A stretch of DNA of 63,993 bases, the filler included, from Porpidia crustulata (taxonomy: Eukaryota), in NCBI GenBank assembly GCA_964255105.1. It is 10 parts of 10 records of this genome, joined end to end, with 100 filler letters (N's around TTAATTAATTAA, not from the genome) between each part and the next. Parts side by side here need not be neighbours in the genome. Positions count along the whole stretch, not along the records: positions 38,631 to 44,958 come from CAXUWE010001570.1; positions 45,059 to 51,385 come from CAXUWE010001571.1; 8 more parts are not named here. One strand, given 5' to 3'. The notes beneath the pieces were generated by a model. It searched no databases, was not told where the DNA came from, and saw nothing but the letters and a program-made list of their open reading frames with translations. This document shows, piece after piece, positions 39,485 to 51,141 of the stretch. Every line of letters starts with the position of its first letter. The stretch's first letter is position 1. Both the position numbers and the translations under genes were made by a program.

Positions 39485-41391
39485 TCACGCCGCAATCTTG
39501 AGAGCTTGGACCGCCTTTGCGACCTCGTCACTGGCTAGACGTTGCCAGCTCTCCCTCGCTTCGCCGTTGACGTTTGCGTAGTCGCCGACTTTATCATACA
39601 GCATACGTGATACGCTCCGGTTGATGTCCGTGTATTGGTCTTTACTGACGGCGTTGCTCTCGTAATGGGGTTTTAGTGCCTTAGAAACCATGCTCTGAAG
39701 TTCCGATTTAGCTAACAGTGACATGTTGACCCGCGATGGCGAATTGTCTACGGACCTGGGGGGACTAGAACCTGGTGGCTGCTGTTTTCGTGAACGTGAT
39801 TGTCGAGCGTCATTGATTGGGTGTCGTGACTCGAGCATACTTCGATAAGATGTGAAAGGCTCAGACATTACCCTGTTAGGAGAAAACTCGGGTGGAGGGA
39901 AGATAGGTTCGACCTTCGATGTCAAGGAAAGTGGTGATAGAGGGCGAATGGCGGCGTGTGGAGGAGGAGTTATTGAGAGAGCCCGGGGGCTTGCGTGGTC
40001 GGAGGCAGGTGGTGATGCTCCAGGCGACGAGACACGAGGAGAGGTGTTTCCCGTAGTGGATGGAAACGCCGAACGCGTTTGTCCTTTCGACTCGTCAGGT
40101 GCCGCGCTTGCCTCCACTTCTTTTAACAACGATTGAAGGAAGCTCGGCCCCCCTCTGACTCTGACAGCAGCAGGTGTATGCGACGTCAATGGACCCGCAG
40201 CAGAGCTGCGCCTGGTATGACTTGACTCGGCTGGGACATCTGACGATGATCCAACGAGCTCCTCATTCCTCCTTGTTCTGGGTCTTTTCAGTGGTCGCTC
40301 AGGTTGAGGCGCAGATTCTGCATCAGACGGCGATGTAGTGGCGGACTTTCGCTTCCTTCTGTTTGAATTGGAACTTGTCTGTATTTGCTTCGCCTTTTCT
40401 AAGGCGTCCCACGCGTGAATTTCTGCTTGAGATTCGGGCTCTGAAGGTTCAGGGTATTCGCGGGGAGTGCGGATGTCGACGATTGTTGATGTTGCGTCTC
40501 GGAAACGATTCGCTGCTCCCTGCCTTTCGGCCACTTGGAACCGTCGTTCCCACTGTCTGAAGTCGCGACGTTGGGAACGTTCTCTTTGTTCTCTGCTAGC
40601 TCGCTCGGAGCTGAAAACTTCATCGTAAGGGTTGTCGAGGTCAATACCGGCTTGAACCCAAATTGACCTCCAGACTCGGTCGCGAACAGATGAGCCTGCC
40701 TGGACTCGATTCCTGACTCGTCGTTGATGGGTACGAGTACGTCTATCGGCGGTGTTGAGTGAGCGTTGTATAGGAGGGTTCGGAACCGCATTCTCAGAAG
40801 CTCGCTCAATTGCACATTGATCACAAAACCAGTGTCCATGTGGTACCGATGTGAGATCTACGCAATAAGTATGATATTCTGTACCGCATCCATCGCATCC
40901 CAGAAAGTCATCTTCGTTTTCATCGCTACCGCATACCGGACATGGTTGTGATTCAAAAAAATCATCGTCGTCGTCAATGAACATAGTTGGATCAATTTCA
41001 GCAATTTGGGTTCGGTCGCTGACAGTATACGAGGAAAAAGCGGGACCTACATGGAAACATTAGCTACTTCGTCTCAATCCTGAATTTTGTATTACTTACT
41101 TCCAACCCGATCACTCAGTTCCACTTGGTTGAAGGTCTGACGACAAATAGGACAGCTGTTCGCTCGCTCCACCCACGGCTTTAGACATTCGTTGTGAAGG
41201 TCGTGGCCACAGGGCAAAAGATGTGCAATCATAGCATCTTCGCTTTTGTTACCTTGTTCTAAAGCTTTCGAGGTTGCTGGTAGGCCCTCATGGGCATCAT
41301 CTTCTACCTTAAAAGAACGGGCATCAGAGTGGGGCAGGTCATTGGCGCTTTCGCCAAGGTCGCCTAAACAGACAATACATGTGTCCGACAT
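39485..41391 (-). CDS. RING + PHD finger protein (Asr1/PHRF1-like), 2 exons
   Basis: CIVC...LPCGHDLHNECLKPWVERANSCPICR; PHD CPVC...CDGC...HTYC...WFCDQC. Intron ~41048-41098. Confidence 0.88.
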
Positions 41392-42111
41392 GTTGATGAT
41401 TGTTTGAAATGGCTGTATAAGTGGAGTGTTCAAAAGTCATAGAGTTGGGAAGTTGTTTCAGGGATGTGATATTGAGATGGAAAGGAAGGAAGGTGGAGAG
41501 CTGCAGAGGGAGAGGTCTTGTAATCATACAAGCGAAGCGCTAGTGTGATAACATGGTGGTACAAGACTAATTGTTGTGAAAGTGAAGGATAGCGCGGTAT
41601 TATTACAGCAAGCGATCATCAGACTCGAAAGAATGACAAAAAAGACATTTAACGATGAAACAGACTCTGGCAATCGAAAACAACTTGCCTAATGATGCAA
41701 AAATCGTAAGAAATGCGCCTCCTTAAATTTAATGGATTGTGTGGTGGTACATCATCGAGGCAGCAGCTTCAGACCTCTGACCACAATTGGCGAGGTCATG
41801 AACAACGAAAGGTCGTTCCAGATATTTATTACTCTTCAAACCTCAAACAATACCATGAACCTGCTTTGGTTCGAGATAGATTTATGACAGCCAAATCTTT
41901 AACCTCATGTTCACTTCACGTTGTGCATTGATATCGGTCTTTCTGGTGTGCAACGTGCGATCCAGTGTAGTGGTCCCACTGCGCCAGAATTGCATTTGAA
42001 TTTTGTTCGAATAGCGTATAACTATTGGCTACCGACTCGATACTCGTCCATAAGGGAGCGTATCGAAGAGACCAGAAGATGTGCGAGCGAAATCCCTTCC
42101 ATATTATTAGA

Positions 42112-42603
42112 TCAGACCTCCGCAATTTCCCTAAGACGCCGTATTGTAGATCTCGTAGTAGCAGCCGCAGGTGTCCTATATGTATCGGAACGGTCAGAAA
42201 CTGTTGTTCTTGAAGTCCGTTTGAGGCTCTTTGTCTTACGAAACAGTCCAGGCACCACCAGCCACGGTCTTTTTGCATGATCGGCAATTCCATATTCCGA
42301 CTGAATGTCGCTTTACAGTATTCTTGCCGCAGAAAGTACAAGTGTATCGTGCGTGTTGTGTGATTTCCATCTTTTTCACTTGTTTCCGCAGGGAAGCACC
42401 GTATCTAAACAAAACTCTCTCAGCAATCTGTAGTACAAAGCATCTAGTCTCTAGTGTTGTAAAGGACAGATATGCCTGAGGTCGCTCCTGCATACCTGGT
42501 ACCATATTTACCAGTGACACCAACCTCTGCAGAATCTATCAGCACTCATCCTGTAATTCTAATGGGATGTTAGATGAGGCATACTCTTTGTCCGCTTCGT
42601 CAT
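42112..42603 (-). CDS. RPL43: 60S ribosomal protein eL43, 4 exons
   Basis: [44 protein letters not shown]...[27 protein letters not shown]. Confidence 0.98.
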
Positions 42604-42702
42604 CTTGCCGACGATGTAGAGGGTGTAATGATGAGGTTGGTTCGATAATGTTGTGTGGAAGGAACACTCGCTTAGGTCGGACTCACGAAAGACTAGTATG
42701 AG

Positions 42703-42712
42703 TCACGTGACT
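42703..42712. promoter_or_regulatory. Palindromic E-box GTCACGTGAC(T) in the divergent RPL43 promoter
   Basis: AGTCACGTGACT palindrome ~100 bp upstream of the RPL43 ATG; function inferred only. Confidence 0.35.
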
Positions 42713-42929
42713 AACATAGGAAAATCATCTGTCTGGAACGGCTCTCGTCGCATTTAGGTGCGTTTGAAAACATTTGTCTTACTAGTAACTCTCGATTAGG
42801 GTCCGACTTGCCTTCCCTTTTTCTTAGATTGCGGGACTGAGACAGCTATTGGCGTACAAGAATGCCTTTGCCCGCTCTTTCTCTTGCGTTTGCTGTTCTT
42901 TCCATTTGTATGTCAGAGGGACTTCAAAT

Positions 42930-44380
42930 ATGGACGTCTCAGCACCTAGGGAATATGATCTCCTTCTCCTTGGGGCCACAGGCTACACTGGGAAGCTTTG
43001 TGCTGAATATATCACCATAAGTCTTCCAACAGATCTGAAGTGGGCTGTTGCTGGTAGATCTCGTTCTAAACTGTCTGCGCTGGTCGATGAACTCAAGGTT
43101 CTCAATCCTGATCGTCAACAACCAAGTCTGCTTCCATATCGTCAATAAAATTGATCAGGCTAATGTGAATATAGGAATCGAGGTTGTTACTTTATCTACT
43201 AAAGACTTGAATGCTCTTACCGGAAAGACTCGGGTACTGCTCAATACTGTTGGTCCTTATTATCTCTACAGTACTCCAGTCGTCGAGGCTTGTGTCGAGC
43301 ACGGGACACATTACCTTGACGTGTCAGTACAGTTCACGCTTTGATGGCAAACTCTGACTAAACCGACCTAGAACCGGTGAAACACCATGGGTGTTTGAGA
43401 TCATCAACAAATTCCACGACAAGGCGAAAGCAATGAACGCCATCGTGTGTGCAATGGGATGATCGAGGTTCATGGCACAGTGCTAAGTTTTGGTAGGTTA
43501 TCCCAGAAGCCGGTATTGAATCCACACCGTCAGACTTGCTTGCTTGGTCCCTTGTCCACCTGATCAGAGAACAGCTCGCGGTAGGGACTAAAGAAGTCGT
43601 CGTTTCAGTCTATGAGCTAAAGTTCGTACGCCTTACTTCGTCCTCTAACAGCCATGACTGACATTAATCAGCGCCACCCCGTCGGGTGGTACGTTAGCTA
43701 CGATACTCAATCTGTTCAGTCACTACAGCTTGAAAGAGCTTTCGGCTGCCTCAGCACCATGGGCGTTTTCTCCTGTGCCCAAACCAGTATCGAGTGCACG
43801 GCCTTCTCTCGCGACTAGGATGCTTGGTGTTCGTTCTCATCCGGACCTTGGTACACTGACAAGCTTCTTTGCAGCTCCGAGCAATATCGCCGTTGTTCAA
43901 CGTACCTGGGGCTTGCTGGATAGTGGCAAGTACTATGGGCCCAACTTTCAGTACAGCGAGTACCTACGGGTACGAAATACGTTCTATGGCGTTATAGTAC
44001 ACTTTTCCTTCGTTTTTGGCGCGCTAGCACTTTTGCTGCCTCCACTACGGTGGCTGTTAGGTAAGTTTGTCTATCAGCCAGGGGACGGTGCTTCAAAAGA
44101 GACCACAAAGGATGAGTCAATCGAGTATCGAGCTATCGCGACCGCGGACCAAAATACTGCAACCCCACGCCGTGCTATCGCCAAATTCAGATACGATGGT
44201 GGAATGTATTATCTCACGGGAATCCTTCTTGCGGAAGCTGCAATGGTCATCTTGCGAGATGAAGACATGGTCAGAAAACTGGGTGGTGGAGTATTGACAC
44301 CAGCGATGCTGGGGCAGCCTTTCATTGAGCGACTCCAGAAAGCCGGGGTTGTGTTTGAAGTGAGGATGCTCCCTGAATGA
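42930..44380 (+). CDS. Saccharopine dehydrogenase-like oxidoreductase, 5 exons
   Basis: YDLLLLGATGYTGKL, WAVAGRS, LNTVGPY, HYLDV|TGE, GGVLTPA. Confidence 0.9.
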
Positions 44381-45058
44381 TAAGTCCAGCAAGACTAGCC
44401 TCAGGTTTAGAGTCTATAGGTATCGCCCCAATGTCAATGGCTTCCACAAGCGGCAAGTCAGGAAAAGTCCTGGTTTTCGAGTCTGCTTTTTTGACCGTCT
44501 TACTAAAGTATCTATCAAAAGTGGCCAAGTTGTGGTTGTTAATGTGTTTCCTTATATTTCAATTTATGTAAGCCCTCGACAAATTTCGCTTACATCAGGG
44601 CCTCTCATAATAGAAAGTCATTTCAAATGCTAATGTTGATAGATCCTTTTTTGCCTTTGTACGTCACGTTTTGATACTCCTATCAACAACAAATTCCCAT
44701 TCGATATCCCTACCATGTTTCCTCCTCCCACATTATATCTCCAAATACAAGAAGCCCTTATCAAGCCGCACTTTTCTCTCATTCTTTCCAATTCGCGATC
44801 CATGCACGCCCAACCATCTCGTGACAACGCCGTCATTCGGCCCAGCAAACACACCAAAAAGTTTGCTCCAGCAGCAGTTTCCACCGAACAGTAAATACAT
44901 CCGCCGCCAACAACAAAAAAACCAACAACCAACCTCGCAACCAAACAAACCCACCCACNNNNNNNNNNNNNNNNNNNNNNNNNNNNNNNNNNNNNNNNNN
45001 NNTTAATTAATTAANNNNNNNNNNNNNNNNNNNNNNNNNNNNNNNNNNNNNNNNNNNN

Positions 45059-46216
45059 GCCCGAACGAACCCCATTAGGCCCCATAAACGGTAACAAGAC
45101 TCCTCGAAAAGAGCTTGATTTACTGACCAAAGGAAAGATTGCTGAGCAAGCCGAATTAGGTGCTACACCCACCCAAATTGGTCGGAATTTGAACATCCCC
45201 AAAAGCACAATTCAGGGAATATTGAGAAGACTTGAAACAACGCCCACAGTGCTTAATAAACCTCGCTCGGGCAGGTCATCAGTTATCACTTCTCGGGCAA
45301 CAAGATCACTCCTTCGGCATGTAAGAAATTATCCTAAAATCAAGTGGCAGGAGCTGAAAAGTGCTACTGGACTAAATTTCGACCGAACCACCCCCCGGCG
45401 AGCACTCACTACCCACGGAATTTCTCACTGACTAGCCCTGAAACGACCGAAGTTGACATCTGAAATTGCAAGGCTTCGTTTACTTTGGGCTCAGAAACAT
45501 GACAATTGGACCATGGATCAATGGCGAAAAGTGATCTGGTCAGATGAGGCCTCGGTGGCCCGTGGATCGGGTAAGGGTAAGGAATGGGTATTCGGAACTC
45601 CGGATCAAAAATGGGATAGGGATAAGCTTCAGGAAAACTCCAAAGGAAAGGCCTTCAGGATCATGATTTGGGGGGCATTTTGGGGTCCGGAAGATCAGAT
45701 ATTTACATGCTGGAGCGCGATTGGGAATCCAAAAAAAAAGGCTACTCCGCCACCTCATATCTGAAGGTATTGAACGATAATTTGGTTGGAATATGGATGC
45801 CTGGCTTGATCTTCATGCAAGATAATGCCCTCATACATTCAGCTAAGAAGACGAAGGCCTGGTTTCAAAATATGGGTATTGAGGTGATGGAATGGCCCCC
45901 CTATAGCCCGGATCTAAATCTCATTGAAAATCTCTGGGCATTGTTGAAGAAGGAATGCTTCAAAATTTATCCGGATACGAATTCATTGAAAGGCAAAGAC
46001 GATGAGGCCGAATCCAAATTATTTAGCATTTTACAGGAGGCTTGGGCAAATATTAGGGAGGAGATAACAGAGGGGTTGATTTCCAGTATGGCCCGCAGGG
46101 TAAATGCCCTCATAGCTGCGAAGGGATGGCATACCAAATATTGAAACGGGAGATTTTCAACGATTTTTGATATTCTATTAACAAATTACACCAAAAGTTC
46201 TCGCTATACGCTACTG
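45059..46216 (+). mobile_element. Tc1-family (DD34E) DNA transposon with inactivated transposase; right TIR at 46192-46216
   Basis: HTH, PRSGR, WSDEAS, FMQDNA...(34 aa)...SPDLNLIENLW, AKGWHTKY. In-frame TGA at 45429-45431 and a frameshift near 45670. The end reads as the reverse complement of CAGTAGCGTATAGCGAGAACTTTTG. Confidence 0.93.
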
Positions 46217-46585
46217 CGTCCCCAATGCAATTTGTATGTAATTAATCAACTAGAGCTCAGGAATATTACACCTCTTTCAATCCCTCCCCAGTCCTCTTCC
46301 CCTCAGCCCTCCTTCAGCCCCTTCCTCAAGCTATACTAAATTTATCAGTCTTCCTCGTCAATGTCCTTCACCTCATCGACGTTCGCCTCACTACTGTCAG
46401 GCCTTTTATCTGTCATACGACGTTGACATCGTTCCTTTCGATCCAGGAAGCTGATGAAAATACGGAGTAAGGAGAGCCGAATCCATGTCAATTTTTTTTC
46501 GAAAGGTGTAATATTCCCGAGCGCTAGTTAATTAATTACATACAAATTGTATTGAGGGTGCAGTAGCGTATAGCGAGAACTTTTG
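46192..46585. repeat. 82-bp inverted repeat pair (46192-46273 / 46504-46585) around a ~230-bp spacer
   Basis: Manual alignment: outer 25 bp identical, ~7 mismatches in the inner 57 bp. Confidence 0.9.
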
Positions 46586-47071
46586 ATGTCAACCTCCGTA
46601 CGTATACGGCAATCGATACCTTTCTAAGGGACACACCTGACTCAGCGAGGACCGACGAAAGGCACTGCAATTCTTAGAAGTACCGGGAGGTCTGGTTCGT
46701 CCTACCCAGTAATTACCGCAGAGTCTCTCAACCCTTCAATAATAGAGTAGGAAGGCATATTTCTAGAGGAACAGGCGGAAATAGGGGAAGCAATAAAAAC
46801 CGTGTGCGGTGAGAACCAAAACTGTATGTACTTGTAGGACTTAAGTGCTGGTGACTACTATGGTCTCTTGTCAGCATACAGTCAATGCCAGAATGGTTTC
46901 GCACAGGCTTGCCAAGTGGCGTCACCGCTCTGAGATCAGTGCGAATGATATTGAAGTAGCGTAATAATGATGATAATGACATTCAAATATAAAACAGTCC
47001 AATTTCTTGCGCTGATTGTTACGAGAACTCGCTAAGTAAGCCCTTTACATACCTTTGCACAGTGCAAGTAA

Positions 47072-47620
47072 TCAGCGCCGGAGAACGATCCCGTGAACCC
47101 TGGCAATATGGTTTTTGAAAGCCTCTAACGTGTCTAGCACCAAACGATCCGCTCTGCATCTTGGATGGTGACAGTAGATTGGGGTATAAGGGGGCTGACG
47201 ACTTAGATGGGTGGCAACGTAGTCCATCATCTTGCTGCGTCTCGAAAGTTCCCGGATACGCTCGTTATAGGATTTTCGCTTATCCCCTATGCATATCGGG
47301 CATTGCGTTGGCTGGCAAAGTAAAGGAAAGAGATCTGTACAATTTTGATAGGCTCGGTCAGGGGACTTTGCAAGCGATTCTGCAGCTTCAAAGCGTGGCA
47401 TTTTGCGTCCTGGAGGAATTCTTCATAGATTTTCCATCGCTTTTGTCTTGTTCACGGGATTGTCAGAGGCCTCACTTCAAGCTATGAGCTTTGGCCTCCG
47501 CATGCTGCGGCTCTGTGACGGCTCGTCGGCCATTGAATGACACAGCCATTCGGGGCACTGAGCTTCTAAGGTGGTAGGGCAGCTAAATAGCTGACTAGCA
47601 GATTCCGCTTCGGGATTCTT
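47072..47620 (-). pseudogene. C-terminal relic of a DUF3435 tyrosine recombinase (Starship captain-like)
   Basis: FPLLCQPTQCPICIGD...MMDYVATHL...CHHPRC...LEAFKNHIARVHGIVLR resembles the Zn-finger-like C-terminus of DUF3435 proteins. The upstream frame is broken and the 5' boundary is approximate. Confidence 0.65.
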
Positions 47621-49309
47621 GATTGTTGACATGTATGGGAAATGGGGAGAGCCGCCAGTAGCAAGAAGACCAACAGGCTTCAAAGGATCGAATTGGGCGC
47701 AGCACAGGTGCAGCAGACGTGTGTTATTGAAGTTAGCCATTTTTTGGTTGTCATTCTGCAGAAGCGCGGTATATATGGGCAACAGGAAGCAAACGATTGA
47801 AGGCACCCAAAGGGGGACTATCCCACACCAGAGGATCAACGCTGTCGGTCTAATTGCGACTATCGTTATCTTCAAGTGGGACAGTACACGTGCACGCCAG
47901 CGGCCCAGTCTGGCATTGATGGAGGTAAAGTAGATATTAGAAACGATGAGCGAATGGGACAAAGGAGTTACAGTGAAAAAAGCCGCTAGCTCTAATTCGG
48001 GTAAATTTCAGCAGTCGGTGAAATTGGTCAACAGGGTTCCAATATATTTACGCCAGGGTTGCCGGCCTTTTAGAACTGGCCAGAAATTTGGCAAAGAAGG
48101 TTTTTTCAAGAAGCCTAGTCCCTTCTGACATGCCAATAACCTGGCGTTTTGGTCGAACCTCAAAACCCTACTGACTAAATTCACCGACTGGTGCCTTACC
48201 TTTGATTCATCCATCGAAAATCATAGTAGTAAGTCAAGATTTCTCCGTTCCCCTATGACATTATTCAAGATACTTAGGCTTCCATTCTAAAAAGTTTGTT
48301 CATTATAAAGAAGACGAGAGTCATCTAGTAATACTCAGTGTATACAGTGGTACATACACCCTTGCATAAAGAATTAGTCGTACTATAAAGAAATTACTTA
48401 CATACCTAAGATGTGCATATACCGACAATCGACCTAGCAATATGATATCTACTGGACATTGATGTCTCGCTCGGTTGCGATCAACTTTTAATTGTTATAA
48501 ACTACAATCGATGATAGCGGAGCACAAAGGGTATGTAGTTCCTTTTGCCTCAAGCATCACTGAATCCTCCTATACTCTTTATAAGTTTACAACCTAGAGA
48601 TACCATAATAGATCAAACTATGTCGAACTTTAATCATCACCGAGAAATACAACAACAGTACAATAACAACGAAGCGTACTATCGATATGTAAATCTTCAT
48701 TACCTATCCTATTTCGAGGGAGGAAGGACATGCTCAGTCGATCTATGAGTACATGCGAGCTCGACTCAAATAAAACCACCTCTAAAATGTTTAAAAATCT
48801 TTGATAAAGGAGGGAAGAGAACTAGATTTTCAGGATATTATTCCCGTACAAAATATTGCATGATCACTTGCTCCTAGATGTTATAGCCCACGTGAATAGT
48901 GACTTGCATTGGAAAATTGGATGATATCGTAGAAAGATGTTCAAACTGGCAGGAGTATTTGGAAGGCCTCGTAATTAGGTTAAGACTTTGGTAAATGATG
49001 AGTCCAAAAGATACAAATCTTTTACTTCACTTGTCTTGTAGAACATTAGTATAATCTGGCTTTGTTGAGATAGCCCGTATATATATTTATGGCTGCTCTT
49101 ACAGCGTCTGGAGCACTATGTTCATCCATTTCTATTGACTTGACCCATTAACATTATGCTAACGATAGATGTATCTATTCTGATTTGAGACGATGCGCGT
49201 CATTCCCGGGCGTGGCGAAGCGTCATAGTTACAAGAACGTGAAGCGCACCCAATTTTGACTATTTCCTGTGAATGTATACGGGCAACAGAATGTTGTCTG
49301 GCGTCACCA

Positions 49310-51141
49310 TCACCTCTTCGTCCACTGCAAGACTGCCTTCTCGGGGTGCAGCATCTGCAGGAGCAGCCTCATGCCCGTGTCGTAGGCGATCTGGTCAGCC
49401 AGCCTCGCTCTCGCCATCTCCTCACTTTCTCCGTCCAAGGCTACCGGATGGACTTTGTGGTGCCGGAACAGCGCAACCAGCACGCCCACAAACTCAACCT
49501 GCGTAAACTTGCGCCCCGGGCAGTTGCGGGCGCCCCCGGACCAGCCGACAAAGGGGCTGTTGCGCGTGGCCGGCTCGTTGAAGGTCTCAGTTCCGTGGAT
49601 GGAATCCAATGTGATCCAGCGAGAAGGATCAAAGTCCAATGAGTTCGGGCCCCAGTACCGAGGATGGGTGTGCAGAGCCGAATAGTTGGGCAGGATGGCC
49701 GTATTTGGTGGAAGCTCTACGGTGGTAGATCCCAATGTCAAAGACTGCGGACTAGATCCAGTCGTCTTCATGATCGCCACGGCAGTGTACAGGCGTACGA
49801 TTTCATACTATTATCAGGATTTAACGGTTTTCTTACTATGATAGAGTCAGGAACTTACGACAACGGCCAAGCAGCGGTGCAGACGCGGAAATGTCGAGCC
49901 GTATACGGATTCTGCAGGTTCGGTGCTGCCGAGGACGGCATTGATCTCTTCAGCGATCCAGTCTTGGACACGCGGTCGAGTAGCCAACAAGCAGACCCCT
50001 ATGGCGAGGGAGTTGGCTGTCGCGTCGTGACCGGCAAAGTTATAGACAAAGATGTTGCCGTACACCTCCTCTTCCGTTAGGCCTTCCTCCTGCTTACCGT
50101 GTACACTGCCCTGAGAGGCGCGTACTAGAGCGGTCATCAGACTGCCCTCCGACTGATTTTTCTGTCCGAGATTCTGTTTCTCGGCCTCGAAGGCTTCTGT
50201 CATGTGGTTTTGAAACACGAGTGTGGCTTGATGGAGCTCCCGGAGACTGCGAGGCAGCCAGGGATTCTGGAGATTGCTGCGTCCGAGGACGAAAAGTGGT
50301 ATACAGCGGTCGAGGATCAGTTTAAGAGCCTTTCCATAGCTCGAAGAATCTTCCTTCGAAGAGTCTACTGGCTCCTCGTTCGCCCCACGGAAGGGGTACG
50401 ATTTCCCGAAGATCGCACCAGACATAACGTGCAGAGAGACCGTCCGGGTGTCTAACGCTACGCTCGTAATAGCATCCTGGCGTGACCAAAACTCGATCAT
50501 GCCGGTGGCCTGTGAGATGCTTTCTTTCCAAACACTCTGCATCACCTGTTCGTTGAAACATGAGGCAGTGATCTTACGATGCCTCTGCCACTGAGCTCCG
50601 TCGGTCTACCGATGGCCTGTCAGGAATACCTTCCCACACAGCAGCGGTCACTTACCGTTCCCAGATTCGGTCCGAATATGCTCAACATACCTGTTTTCGT
50701 CAACTATCACACCTGTGGGCAAAAAACCAAGTTTGAGGGCTTACTGGTGGCTTCAGGGGGCCGTGGGAAATCGACGCGTCGATGGAAGATGTCTGCGACA
50801 GCTTCCGCATCGCACAGTTGGAGATAGTTTTTCCCAGGGGTCACGAACAGGATTGCATCGCCGAGCTCCTCATGGGCTTTGTAACGATCCAGTATTTCCC
50901 ATCCCCGGCAGTTGAATCGTGTGAACGTACCTGATCCGAAAGGTAGACGACGACATAGCCGCACGACCTTTCTATCGACGATCATCCATAGTGGGTATCC
51001 GGTATCGAAAGGCAGAACAATGAGAGGAAGGCCGGTCTTGCGAGCAGCTCGATAATTGACAAGCAGATTGCGTCCAATGTACAGCACGATAAAAGAGAAG
51101 AGCGCCAATATCATCTGGATCAAAGATAGAAAGGCCATCAT
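49310..51141 (-). CDS. Cytochrome P450, 4 exons, apparently intact
   Basis: TM anchor, I-helix FAGHDATAN, K-helix YEIVR, FDPSRW, heme motif WSGGARNCPG. Confidence 0.92.

Noticed and set aside
22172..51141. The two P450s, SDR, thiolase and GST as one biosynthetic cluster
   Set aside because: They lie on different, unlinked contigs, and no PKS, NRPS or terpene synthase is present.
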